NCBI GenBank assembly: GCA_013239625.1
Contig: MU056050.1
Coordinates: 6,711,838-6,775,837, forward strand
Length of the DNA stretch: 64,000 nucleotides
From: Lama guanicoe
Lineage: Eukaryota
Reading direction: 5' to 3'
The notes under the pieces: generated by a model
Seen by the model: only the letters and a program-made list of their open reading frames with translations
Databases searched by the model: none
Told to the model about the DNA's origin: nothing
Shown here: positions 12,453 to 25,073 of the stretch, piece after piece
Position numbering within the stretch: position 1 is the first letter of the stretch
How the letters are laid out: every line of letters begins with the position of its first letter
Translations under genes and position numbers: made by a program

Positions 12453-13109
12453 TGGGTAGTCGCCCCCGAGGGACTCCGTTTCTTGGCAGGGAGGGAGACG
12501 ACGCGAGCCCCGGCTTCAGGGGAGGGGTTCCGGGGAGGGAGATGGGGGTGGCGACGAAGGGGGGGCGGGAAGAAGGGGGGAGTCCCTCCCTGCCAGCAAG
12601 GGGAGCCTCCCTCAGGCCCCTGGGAGAAGGGGACTGAATGCGTCTGCTCTGTGCTGCCAGGCAGAGGAGATCTGGGGTCTCCGGATTTGCACACTGGATC
12701 CAGCACCGGTGGCCTGAGAAAGTCAGGTCGGGGCATAAGGTGGAAAGCGTTAGAAGAAAGAGAGAAACCCCTGGCCGTGGTGCACTGATCTTTTCCCTTC
12801 CTCAACCTCTCCCTTCGTGGGGCGTACGGCGGGGGGGCGTGGGGCTCTTGCAACCCCTCGGATTGAGCGCCTCCGCCTCTCCTGGGAGTCTAGCTTTTTG
12901 CCCGGCTTGCTGCAGCCACCGCTGCCTCCCTCTCCGGAATCCTCTCGGTCCTCGCAGCGATCCCCTCCTCCTCCCCTCCCCTCCCAGTGTCACCGGGGCT
13001 GCTTGGCTCTGCCCCCTTCGCCGCCGCTTGCTCCCTGCTTTCGTCCCTCCCTCTCTTGCTCGCTCCCTCCCTTCGCCTCCTCCTCCCCATTCCTCCCCCC
13101 CGGTAGGCG

Positions 13110-13129
13110 GCATTCTGGGAGTTGTAGTC
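13110..13129 (-). promoter_or_regulatory. ZNF143/THAP11-type composite promoter motif (ACTACAnnTCCCAnnATGC)
   Basis: The + strand GCATTCTGGGAGTTGTAGTC reads GACTACAACTCCCAGAATGC on the - strand. It lies ~130-150 bp upstream of the inferred exon 1. Confidence 0.85.
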
Positions 13130-13261
13130 CCTCGGAACCGGGGCTGGCGCCGCCCGCGGACCCGACCGGACTCCACTTCCCGTCGAGCCGTGCGACCGGC
13201 ACCCACTCCACCAGGCTTCGCTCGCACACACAGACACACACACACACCGCTCTCCCCCTCA

Positions 13262-13515
13262 CTCTTTCGCTCGCCGCGGCTGCTGCCAGTGTGTGGCTCT
13301 GTCTCTCCTCCGCTTTGCTGAGCCCTCCCTTCTTCCTCTCAGTTCCTAGAGTCCGACCGCCGCCGCCGCGGAGAGAGAGGAGAAGGAGGTCGGTGGCGAG
13401 AAGGGGCGGAGGGGGCATCAGATCGGGGCAGTATTAGGCTCGTGGTGGCTCAGAGTGGGTAAGAGGGAGTCCGGGTGGCGGCCTGAGCCTCCCCGCGGAG
13501 CCGACTCGGGAACAG
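13262..13515 (+). other. BCORL1: Non-coding exon 1 (5' UTR); start approximate
   Basis: ATG-free segment in the CpG island ending at donor CAG|GTGCGT (13515/13516). A second donor TGG|GTAAGA lies at 13458/13459. The TSS is inferred, not observed. Confidence 0.6.
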
Positions 13516-14721
13516 GTGCGTCTTTTTTTCCTCTCCCCCAACCCCTCCACCCCTTTTGACTCCCCGGCTTTCTCGTATCCCCCACCCGCTTCTTTCTGTC
13601 TCAAGCCTTTCCCCAACCCTGTCTCTTCTTCGCCCCGCGGCCGCTTGGCTTGCCCCCCGGGGGCGCCGTCCTCTTCGTGTCCCCGGACGTAGCGCTCCCT
13701 GGAGCTCGCTCTGTCCTCGCCCCTCCCTTCGGGACAGCTCCCCTCCACTTCCCACCTTCGTACCCCATCCCTGCCCTACCCTACCCCCTCCTCACCCCTT
13801 CTTCCTTAGCCAGGTGAGACTTGTTCGCCACCATCCGAGAGTCTTCTTCCCGGCTGGGCGGGGGTCTCCATGGAAACGGGGGTCGGGTTGATCCTGGGGG
13901 GGAAACCATTGGAATTACCCCACTCCTCGGAAAGGGAGGTGGAGGCTGCGGTCTTGCTAACTACCTGGCCCCAACCCCCAGATCTAAGGATCCGACGATC
14001 CGAAGGGAGGCTGGCCAGCAGGGCAGGGCGAAAAAGGGCTTGTTTTTTTTGGGGGGGGTGCTGTCCGTGATGAAGTCTTGAAGAGACCAGGAGAAAATAC
14101 CCTCCAACCTCAGAGGGGAGGTGCGACGGGTGCTCTTCAGAGCTGCTTTCTCCCTGGTGTTGGGGTGCGGGAACCGTAGGGTAAGGGGTACCCCTAGGTG
14201 GCGGCGGGGCCTGGGTTCGGGAGTGGGAGTGCTGTGATGGGGGCAGGGGCAATTATCCGAGTCCCTGGAAAAAAGGCGGGGGATGACTTCGGAGCGCCCT
14301 GGCTCCGCTGCCCTGGCTTTAGGGGCGGGGGCCGTTCGGCCAGGCGCGGCGGGGAAGGGGCTTAAATTGAAGGAGGATGAGATCGGGGGCAATTCATACT
14401 AGCCCCGGCAAGCCATGGGAGAGATCCAGCGTGCAAGCTCTCCACCCGCTTCGCGCCAGGCCTGGAGGCAAGGGGTCTGAGAGCGAAGCCGAAGGCTGCA
14501 AGGAGGGAGGCTCCGGTTACGGGGCCGGGTTTCGGGATCAGGGGCAATCCCCCCAGCCCTTGAGAAGGAAGGAGAGGGATGGCTGCGAACCCCAGGGCTC
14601 CCCCACCCCAGGTCTTAAGGGGCATGAGGAACGGACAGCAGGCCCTGCGGAGCCGGATTCGAACGGACCGCGGCTGGGGAGTGGGGGGGCCTTAGTGGTG
14701 GGCTTCGGGGGGAGCAGTCCG

Positions 14722-14839
14722 NNNNNNNNNNNNNNNNNNNNNNNNNNNNNNNNNNNNNNNNNNNNNNNNNNNNNNNNNNNNNNNNNNNNNNNNNNNNNNN
14801 NNNNNNNNNNNNNNNNNNNNNNNNNNNNNNNNNNNNNNN
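14722..14839. other. Assembly gap (118 N)
   Basis: Run of N. Confidence 1.
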
Positions 14840-17800
14840 GGGGCAGGCGGGGGGTGGAGCCCCCGACGGGGGGCGGTACGAGCCGGGACGACGACGACGA
14901 GGAGCCCCGGGGGCCGGGTGCATGGAGGACGAGGTGCTGGGAGGAGGAAGCGGGGGGGTGGGTCCCGCGACGGGCCTCGTGGGCTTGGCTCCTCGAGGTT
15001 CTGCTTCGGGACAGAGCCCTGCGGGGGTGCCCAGAGGCCCGGGAAAGGACCGGGAGGTGAACTGGACGGTGGAGGGGGCCCTCCTCGCTGGGGTCCCACT
15101 GAGAGGAAGGCTGGGCCAGAGGGACGTCCGGGGCAAGGCTGGGAGGAGCCGGCCGCACCTCAGCTGGGGATTTCGCGTTGGGGAGGTGCGGGAGATTGTC
15201 GTAGGGAAAGACGTGGTCGAGGGGAAAGGCGGGAGGGGAGCACACTGCAGACCCAGGAGGCCAGTGTGGTTACCCTTCTATTCCCCCTCCCCCTCCCCCC
15301 AGTGGAAGCACTGTTTTTGTTTTATTGTTTTGAAATTTCTAATGTTGGCTGTACGATGTGGTGATACTTAATCTTTATGTCTCCTAGAGTAGACAGTAAG
15401 GACAGGCGTCCCTAGGTGAGGACGCCTCTAGCCCAGGGTTTAGGGGCTCTTTATGCCTGTGTGGGAAGGGGCCCACTAACTTCTGTGACAGCTGAATACT
15501 CTCAAGGCAGTTTGGAGGCGGTCCCCGTGGCACAGAGGTGGAGTACAATTGCAAAAATTTTTGGTGAGACTTCTGGGGGTGCAACTTTGCATTACCCCCA
15601 TTAGCCCATGGTTCTTTCAACTTAGAAGGCTATTTCTCAAAGTCACGCTGCTGAAACGTTTTGGGGGGAAATGGATGGGGGATGCACTTGGGGTTGGGAG
15701 TGGATTAAGTTGATAATAGAATTCCAAGGTTGGAAGAGACTTTAAAGGTCATCTAGTCCTCTGTTTACCTGTCCTGTCCTCAAATTTTGGGAGAGAGGGA
15801 ATTTATTTTGGGAGAGGTGGTAGACAGCACTATGGAGCAGAGTTTAGGGGTACTTAAATTGGATGGTGATGTCACCATGTAGTGCTGAAGAGGACAGCAT
15901 GTAGGAAAGAAATTTGGAGGATTCCACTGGGGATTAAATGGGTTAACCTAATCACAAGAATCATCCAGAGGCTCCAAATAGAAGTAAAATGTGGGGGGAG
16001 GAACCTGTAAAATTTTGATGGAGAAGCAAAGTTAGTAGGAAAGACTGGGGGAGCCAGGAGGAGCAGGAGGCTTGGTGACACAAGTTAAGAGAATCTAAAG
16101 GCTGATAGAGTTGAGGAGGGGCATGGCCATCTTGACTAAGCCACGTGAATATGGCTAGCAGACTCATCCTTTGATATGGCATCTGAGGCAACTGCCCTTG
16201 GGGTGTATGTAGGGGACAAGAGACACAGGCCATGGGGCATGGAGCCTTACTCAAGTTGACGTTAAGAGGGCTGACCCTGTTTCTAGCTTTGCAGCAAAGG
16301 TAGGTAGGTTTTCTGGCTCTGAGAAGTCACTGCTGGAAAAAGAGGAGGGTACCTCTGATGTCTAGGTTAAGGAGGACCAGTTCTTTAAGCCACAAGGAAG
16401 AGATGCAAGTTGTTGGGATAGGGCAGAGGAAAGCTAAGTCCCTGGTAAGCTCTGCTGTTGAAGTCTGGATTGGACAGAATGGAGGGGAGTTCCAGAAGAA
16501 ATGGTGGCTGTACCAAGGGCACTTGTAGTTCTGGCTATTTTGATTCACCAATAGAGGATAGGAAAGAGAGGAGGGTCTCTTTCTTTCTCAGTGTAGACTT
16601 TCTTGGGAAGCTAAAGGGTTTCTTCAGAGGTCTCTTTGCTTTATTTGTGCTACAGTTCACTACATAGGAAAAAAAAGTTTAATATAGGTGGCAGAGTATC
16701 TCAGCATGATAAATCTGGATTATGTGGTTTAGGGAGGGGCTTCTTTTGGGGGAACAGAATTATGGGAGAAAAGGACTTGAATACTAGGAAGAAAGAAGGC
16801 AAAAAGAGAAGTCAGAAGAGGGTTGGTTGGGCAGTGAAGAGGGAAGAAAGATGATAATCACTGGTCCCATTTTAGGGCCAACTAAGGGAAAAGTGGAACC
16901 TTGAAATCTCCAGGATAATGTTTTCCAAAATAAAATTTGAAGAACCTTTAAGGCTCTTTACACTTTCATGCTAGAATCAGTAAGTTTTGGGCAAGAGAAA
17001 AGGACGATCTTGGGTAAAAATAGGGTTGGGGAGCAACTGATATGTAGGAAGAAATAGAAATATATTTACCCATAAAGAAATAGGGAGTTTAGAGATAGTG
17101 TACAGCCTGAAAAATGCAGAATAGAGAAAGAAGTTAGGATAACGAGCCAAAGGAGGGGAAAGTGTTTACTCAGGTGTCATCTGGAGCTGGTGTGGAGAAG
17201 GTAAAAACTTGCCTTTGCTAGCCGCTGCTCCAAGAAGGCCCAGGAAGTAGATGTTAGCAGGGATCCAGGGCTTGCAAGTCTAAGCATTAATTAGAAAATC
17301 TAGACTAAAGTAAGGATACTGAATAGGGGAAGGAATTCACCCTTCTAAATAGAATGGCCTTGAAAGAAGGAGCAAGTGGGAATACACCAGTTTTTCCAGT
17401 CTGCAAGTGGGAGGAATCCTAGATATAGGGAGGTGAATGATGGAAATTCCAGAATGAATCAGGATAAAGAATAGTGACCTGAGAGCCTTGGGCCAGAATT
17501 GGTGGGTTGGGTGGGGGCATGGAGGAGAGGCGCTAATAAGGGGTTGGACATCTGGAGTGGCTCATTGATTCTAGGCTGAGCTAAGTTTGAGATGGAATAG
17601 AAGGGCCACAGAGGATAGGGAGCTGTTTTCCAGGGTCAGCTGGCATCTGAGATTGAGAGTGGAGGGGTTCGTGGTTGAGTTGGGTGGGAAAGTGAACACT
17701 AGAGTGGAACAGAGAAAGTGCTGGGGAAAGTGGAGATTATTGAGATGAAGTAGACGGGAAAAGGGAGAAGCCACTGATGATTCCATGAAGGGGGAAGAAA

Positions 17801-18777
17801 GGCCCTAGACCTTTGAGTTTTCAGAAAGAAAGAAAATTCCTTAATGCTGGAGTTCCAGTTGGGTGTGAGTCTGCTTGTCAGGAGGTTTAGTATTAGAACT
17901 GCCAAAGAGGGAGGTAATAAGTAATCTACCTTTTGACCACTAGGATGCTAGTACAGTATTTTATATAATCTCACATACAAGGCTTTATTAATGCCAGTTC
18001 TTGAATGGTCATCCTTAAAATAATGTAGAAACTGTTCTCTAAATCATACCCTTTCCCACTGTTCATAACTTAAAAGCACTCTTTTATGATGAAAACTTTC
18101 TTTTGTGAACTGAAGTTGAATTCTGGTCAAGAGTAAAATTTAACTCTGTTTTCTATCTCCATAATTCAAATATGCTGTTCTGATTCCCTCTTTTTTTTTT
18201 AAAGCAGAAACCACTCTTTCCCCATAAAACATTAAAAAGTGGATCATTGTTTAAAAAGTGGCTGCAGGCTGCATGTCAAGGTCATATTCTCCCTGGTCAA
18301 TGAATTGTGATGAATTTGAAGAGAGATGATTTATTGTTTGTAAAATGGGATAATTTTCAGCTTTATTCGTGAGAGTCTGCAAGGCAGAATACGTCTTCAT
18401 TTGGTTTTAAGAAGACCTTAAGCTAAGTATCTGTGAAGAATCGAGAGTAGTGAGGGGCAGGCAAAGCTTTGTGTTTTGGGCTTCTTTGACTGTCTGCTGA
18501 GAAACAAAATTTGGTTACCTCATTGCTAAGGTATGCCTAGAAATCTTAGTGTTAGTGCCATTTAAGGGTACAGTTGAGTTTTGTTATAATGCTAGTGTCC
18601 AGGGACAAGGAGAACAAGGAGTTTTTCATTTTTCCAAGTTCTGTAGAGACATGCACCACATGTGGCTCTGAGCCTGGGAATGAGTGGATGCACTCTATAC
18701 CTGGATCCATGCACTGATTGGGTACCTTACTGTAAAGAGGCTTTACGTAGATTGTATCATGCACAGGTTAATGTGGT

Positions 18778-19035
18778 CCAGTGGTTCTCAAACTTTAGCC
18801 TGCATCAGAATTACCTGGAGGCCTTTGAAGGCATACAGCCTTAGGCTACTCAGTCTTTGTTCTTCCACTTCCTAGTGGCAGGGAGTGAGTCATTTAACTT
18901 TCTTGAGCCTCAATTTTTTCATCTATAATATGGAGATGATAATCCTCATCTCATAAGGCTGTAAGGATTACACAATATGATGTATATATAGCACCAGGGC
19001 CATAGCAGGTGCCCAATACGTGGCACCTATTATTA
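18778..19035 (+). mobile_element. MER5A-like end (about 18779-18830) followed by MIR
   Basis: cagtggttctcaaactttagcctgcatcagaattacctggag, then catttaactttcttgagcctcaattttttcatctataaatggagat. Confidence 0.65.
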
Positions 19036-20324
19036 TATTACAATCTAGTTTTTCTTATTCAGTTGTATCCTATGACATTACCTTTTTATATTATGCTACG
19101 GAAACATGGTAGCTGAAAGCTATCGATATCTCCTGAGTGCTTCCCTTGTATCTTGATTCTCTGCTTTTTCGCCATATTCCTGTTGTATTAGTACATATTT
19201 AGCATTTACGACATGGTAGGAAAAAGTAGCTTGGCTCATCACTACATTATAGCACCCACCTTTGAGGTAGAAGTGGCAGCTTTTTAACAGCTGTGCTCAG
19301 TATTTCAGAGCAGGAACTGAAGGGTGTATATCCAGTTGAAACTTCAGGGGACATTTTGGTCCATGCTTTAAAAATGACCCAAACCTAGTTTACTAGGGTG
19401 ACATTTTAAAAAGCCATTGCTTTCTGAAAAGGGCTGCTGTGTTTAATTATGACTGGTTGGGCTTCCCAGCTGTCTCTGACATCTGGAAGTTCTACAAGAG
19501 CTGGTAGATAGAGCCAGGGTCTGGTATGGCCCTATGACAAGGGTGTATTCATCAGCAATTGGATAGGAGAGAATAACATCACAAGTAGCTCAGGTATCCC
19601 GAAACCAAACTTGTGGGCAGAGAAAAACGATGGACTGTAAAATATAGTCCCTCTCTGCAGCCAAAGTGGACTTTGATGCCAACAATAAGCTATGCCAATA
19701 TAGGGAGAGTGTGACAGCAGGCCAATTTAAAACAGTAGATCAGTTAACAAATTAATAATTTTTGTTTGACTTTGGAAATGCATTATTATTCTCTACCTGT
19801 CCCCCTCCCCAGCAGATTTACCTTCCTATTTATATTCTGCTTAAGCAAATATTAAAATGAGTTGTTCCCTGAGCACACATCTACTGTAAGTGGCAGAAGG
19901 CAGTCCATAAGTTGGCTGGGTTTAAAAATGAGCTGTGGCTAAGCCACAGTCAGATAATTGGAAGTTGACTTTATATTGTTTTGCCCCAGCCCAGTTTTAT
20001 TTTATTTCTGCGATTGTCTTTATCGTGGAAGTAAGGAAAAGAAAAAAGACAAAGTTTATAAGAGAGCATGAGAAATAAAAAGAATCTATAGACCCAATGC
20101 TTTTTACATAGGGTTCTTGGTTTCTGTTTGCCATAGAGAGGATTTCAGTGTTTCCCTGTAGTTTAGCAAGTATTTATTGAGTGCATATTGTGTGCCTTGT
20201 ATCATGCTAGACACTCTTTGGAGGGGCTACTAAAAGAAGTAGAAATATACTTTCTTCCTTGAGAAACCTATAGACTGGTAGCAGGTGGAGCCAATATTGA
20301 GAGTTTTAAATTCTGTGAGTTAAT

Positions 20325-20349
20325 TGTGTGTGTGTGTGTGTGTGTGTGT
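20325..20349. repeat. (TG)n microsatellite
   Basis: Directly visible. Confidence 0.95.
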
Positions 20350-21241
20350 ACCTTTGAATGAGTAATATATATAAAAAGAGTTGAGCCCATAGTCTGGAGT
20401 GAGAGAATAGAAAAAATAGGCTGGTATGGCCTCTCCAAATATTTGTGTAAGAGGTCCAGGACACTTTTTTTTAAAGGCCAAATTTTGATGAGAGGGAATC
20501 CTCTTTAGGTGAAAAATTCCATATCATGAATGAAGTATACTTGAAATGGAGACACCTAAGGACCACTGTCACAGTTTATGGCAAGGAGGACACAGAAGCC
20601 TCACAAAAGGGATTCAAGTCTCAGATTACAATGATTCACCTTTGGAGTGTGAAAGACACAAAATAGTCACATGGTCCTGCTGAAGACCAAATTGAAGAAA
20701 GCCAACTTTTTTTTTTGGTCTAGTAGAAATGAGAAGTGCTCAAAAGATGACCCTCTTAGGGTGACATTTTGAGAGGGCTTTGCATTTTGAAAAGGACTGA
20801 TTAATTTTATGATGAGTACTTAGGTTTTCTAGATATCTGTGACATGTAGAAGTTGTACAAAATCTTGTTTCTAGAGCCTAGGTCTGCTATAGAGCCATAA
20901 TAAGGTGTTTTCCTTAAATGGAGTAAGTAATTTCCTTGCAGCAGGAAATGGAAGTGAGTACTTTTTGAATAATAGGAAAAAGTATCTTGGCAGTGGGGGC
21001 AAAAGCGAAAATGATCTGGTGGCAAGAAAATGTACATGAGAGATTAAAACTTGTTTTTGTCTACTTCATTGCTGGAATCAATTACCTTTGGTCCGTTCGA
21101 GTGATTTTGTGTTATTCTCAATTTTTACAGATGACATAGTAGCTGGACATAGTGAGGTGTGTGAGATGGTTGAGAAGTAGGGGCTGAAAATGCCCTCCAA
21201 GTTCGTCCCCCTCCCCAGTTTAGGCTGTGGGCACTAGAATA

Positions 21242-21449
21242 TAGTCATCTGGGAGTATCCGCGGGGTGTTGGTTCCAGGAAGCCTGTGGATATCAAAATG
21301 GATACCTAAATCCACCGATGCTCAAGTCCCTGATATAAAATGGCAGAGTAGAAAGAATACAGATGGCCTTCCGCATCCGCGTGCAAGTTTCATATCCCTG
21401 GATTCAGCCAACCGCGGATGTGAAACCCAGGGTTATGGAGGGCCGACTG
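21242..21449. mobile_element. MER2-like Tigger (Tc1/mariner) non-autonomous DNA transposon
   Basis: ttggttccagga...aaatccaccgatgctcaagtccctgatataaaatggc...ggagggccgactg. Degenerate CAGTC..GACTG termini with a TA on the left. Confidence 0.8.
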
Positions 21450-22090
21450 CATATCACTCTTCTAGGGTGTTGCTGCTGTGTGATTAGATGATTCTGAATG
21501 GGTTTTGGCAGTTTTAAAACATCAAAATGACTGACTGGTTGGGATTCAGTGGTGAGGAGATTGAAAAGGGTGTGTGGTTTGGATGGAGGGGTTTGGATGG
21601 TAATGCTTACCACAAGAGCTCCAGAGAGATCACAAGCCTTGGTCACTCTTTTGAGATGAATGTCTAGCCTCCCAAGGTGACTGCTTTGGAGGTAACAGCG
21701 ATGTTCATTTGAATGAGTAGGCTCTCATTGCATTTAGCAGATAGTTAAAATTCTTTTGTACCCAAGTCTCATAAATGTTTATAGGCAAGGTTTTCAAACA
21801 TGAAGGTACCCAAGGAGTCTGTGAAGGTGGCTATGTTAGAGCTGTGTGCAGGCAACTCCTTAGCCTTTTCAGTAAATACAGGAGTGAATGTATCTGGAAA
21901 CAGGATGCAATGTCCCTTATAAGACTGATCTCTGGAGGTAGAACTAGTGGAAATATTTGGATAGAAAAAAAAAAACCCTCAAGGGAGCTAGGAAGTGCTA
22001 GACTAGATTTAGTCAGGCAAAAGGTAGGGATGAACAGTGCAAAGGGACTCTTCTTCCTTTCGGTTGCCCAGCAGATTATTTCCATTTGCT

Positions 22091-22125
<35 letters not shown>

Positions 22126-22131
22126 GTGTGT
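22091..22131. repeat. (TG)n microsatellite, interrupted
   Basis: Directly visible. Confidence 0.95.
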
Positions 22132-24517
22132 GGTGTGGCAGTATAGGAACCTGTTTTGCATGAAGGGAAGCAAAGTAAAGTGTCTGGGGCATGTATATGG
22201 GACTCTTGAGTTTCAAGGAATGGTATTTGGTTAATGATAGGGAAAGATGAGGAGGTATAGATATTGGGGGAAAAGCCTGAGGAGAATATTAGAATATCCT
22301 TATATGGGAAATCATTAAATGAGAACAATTTAAGTTGGAAGAACTCTCTCATTAGGGGATAAGCTTTGTGATATATGATTAAGTAGGGAAAATAAGAATG
22401 CTACTTCTACACGTGGAAGAAGGCAGAGGGCCAAGGAGGGTAAGATCTGTGTTCAGGGTTCCATATCTAAAGCCAGATAGTGTTATCCTTGTTGGGTATG
22501 TGTAAACGTTCCTTTTGAAAACAATGACTTTGAGACATTTTCACATCTCTCTAAAGGTACTCTGGTGACTGGGTGGAAGTCATGGCCTTTTCACTTTCCC
22601 AAGGATCTCAATGCCAATGGTCTCTTGGAACTCCTTGAGGGTGTCTTAGATGCTGCTTTTTGCAAAGTGGGGTAATGAGGTGGCCTCTCCTTTGCTTCTG
22701 TGAAATCTGAATGCAAATACCTCTGTCTTATGGGAGCTTTCTTTCCTCAGAGTTCTGGATTTCTATTGGAGCAGTAGGTCCCAAAGTTGGTTTTCTTTAC
22801 TTATTAGTCATCACTGACCCAACCCTCCTTCTTTCACTGTCTACTGGCCACGCCTATCCTCTTGAGGACATATTCAGGGCCAGGCTTCAAGATGAATATT
22901 TTCCGGCTCTTTCATTTTTTAAAGTCATAATTGCTTCCAGGTCACAAGGCAATGTGAACCAAAAGAGGCCTGGAGGAGGAGTACCAGATTTAGTTTATTA
23001 ACTGTGGCCTTCTTAATCTTGACTTTCTAATTTACTGTCTTAATGGTAGAGTCCAAGTGGGAGTAAATGGCCAGCTTCATGCTGTTGTGTAGGGGCCCTA
23101 GTTGTGTCCCATGCGTTGCCAGCGCCAATTGCTCTGCACGTAAGGGGTCTTCGGTCACAAATGGAGCTACATGATTCTGGGGAACTTGTCCACTGGACTA
23201 ACAGACACCCTCTCTGGTCATTTTCAAGGGTAAAAACTAAAAAAATTTAACAATGCCTACCTTTGTTTAAAAGAATTGTCAGATAGATGCTCAGTTACCT
23301 CTTGTCATGTCCTTCTCCTCACATGCACAACGACCGTGCTTTGGCTTGTAGTTGTTGTGAAATCTGCTTGTTTTGGCATCCTCCCTTCAAAACAAAACCA
23401 AAAAGGTCTACCTAATCTGTACAATCTCCTTTGAGATTTTAGTGCTGGCCACCCCCTATTACCAGCTCCTCCTGGCCCTAACTTGGGCTATACTTGGATG
23501 TTCTTCCCCTTTTGAGAATGTATTTTCTCTAAACTTTTCTAAAATGTCTGTCTTCAGTGCTTCCTCACAGTGTTTCAGTTTGGCCCATGATGGTGAAATA
23601 TTTCAGGTTCCCCTATTTCATTTTTTCTTTTTGCTTGTTATATGCTATGGGCATCTCTTATGCCTTTCACACCTGCACTTGTCTTCTAGTGTTTTTTAAT
23701 TTCCTTTTGGGTTTTTTTGGGGGAAGATTTCTACTAAATTATGGTTTTTCTTCAACTACCTGCTCGCCCTCAGCTTAGCTGCTATTTTCACCATTTTAAG
23801 GTTATTGCTCTCCTATTAGCCCATTTTCTTTTTGGTTTCCCCTGTTGTATAGTGTGCTGATGATGCCTGGCTGCCACTGTCTGCTGCCCGCTGGTTGGAT
23901 TCATCTCTTCGGATCTTGGTCAGTCCTCCTACTTACGTGTACATGTGCCTCCTAAATCGAGAAGTTTTATGTATTTATTTTTCAGCCATGCTGATCACTT
24001 TGGGGTGGTGGAGCATGTCTTCTCCTTTGTTCTCACCACGAGTTGGATGTGTTTTTTGAGTTTTCCCCCACAAAGTGGAAACAGCTCCCAGTGGCCCTAC
24101 TGCCTTCCAGACCAGCATTTGATTCTGGGGCCATGCAGCTGTTCATTTCTTAACAATTACATGGTTGTGACATCTGGGAAAATCCTCTGAGATATTATTT
24201 CCTATCCTTGGGCCTGTGCTTCCTGGGTCACTTGGGATTACCAGGTTTCTTCCAAGTTCCTTGCAGGAACTTTGCCTTTTGCCTTTGATGTGATGGTTCC
24301 TCTCAGACAAGGGAATGATAGAGATTGAGACTTGCACACCACACCTGACTGTGGGTGCTACGAGTGAAAGCAAGCTGGTCCCCAAATGTGAACACCAGCA
24401 GCTCCTACCAAGTGTGGCATGTCTGTAAGATTTTCCCGTTTTGCTCACCTCTCCTGAGTAGTAGTGTACAGTTGAGTGGTTATTGATTTGATAGGACATA
24501 ATAAATAACAAAACAAA

Positions 24518-24610
24518 ACCCTAGGCCTACTGGATCAGAATCCCCAGGGCTGGGACCTATGAATCTGTATTTTGAACCAGCGCCTCAGTGATTCTGACTT
24601 GGAAATTATC
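24518..24610. mobile_element. MER5A-like fragment
   Basis: cctactggatcagaatccccaggg...gaatctgtattttgaaccagcgcctcagtgattctga. Confidence 0.65.
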
Positions 24611-24978
24611 GGTGTGTGTTGTCCATCTTGACTCCTCCCATCCTATGTGGGCATTGACGCCATTGGTGCCTCTTCAGAAGTTCTCTTTGCTTACTCTTGG
24701 GCTCAAGAGAACTGAGCTTGCCTTCTTGTGGAGACACTTGGCTAGGTTCTCTCCTGACTGTGCTTTCTACCCCTCCCCTCCTCTGCAAAGGCTACTGTTA
24801 ATTAGCAGAGGGCTTCAAGTAGGAAGGGGTGCTGCTCTGACAAAATCCTAAAAAATAGTGGGAGGCCAGGATTTAAGCAGGTGCTCCATCTTCAGGGTCT
24901 TGTGAAAATGGGGGTGCCTAGCATCAAGTTTGCTCTCTGGATAGTCAGAAAATGTATATTGTGTGGTAGTTGTTTTGG

Positions 24979-25073
24979 TTTTTTTTTTTTTACATTTTTT
25001 ATTGATTCATAATCATTTTACAGTGTTGTATCAAATTCCAGTGTTCAGCACAATTTTTCAGTCATTCATGGAC
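24979..25073 (-). mobile_element. Young, severely 5'-truncated L1 3' end with poly(A) and 13-bp TSD
   Basis: poly-T, then acattttttattgattcataatcattttacagtgttg.... TGTTTTGGTTTTT is present at both 24971-24983 and 25074-25086. Confidence 0.8.

Larger units (their letters stand above)
10250..15300. promoter_or_regulatory. BCORL1: CpG island / BCORL1 promoter region (interrupted by two N-gaps)
   Basis: Very high GC and CpG density with many GGGCGG boxes, against CpG-depleted flanks. Boundaries estimated by eye. Confidence 0.9.

Noticed and set aside
10195..15371. Many long overlapping ORFs (up to 403 aa) on both strands
   Set aside because: They are Pro/Gly/Arg/Ala-rich products of stop-poor CpG-island DNA, mostly with non-ATG starts, some spanning N-gaps, and none has a recognisable domain.
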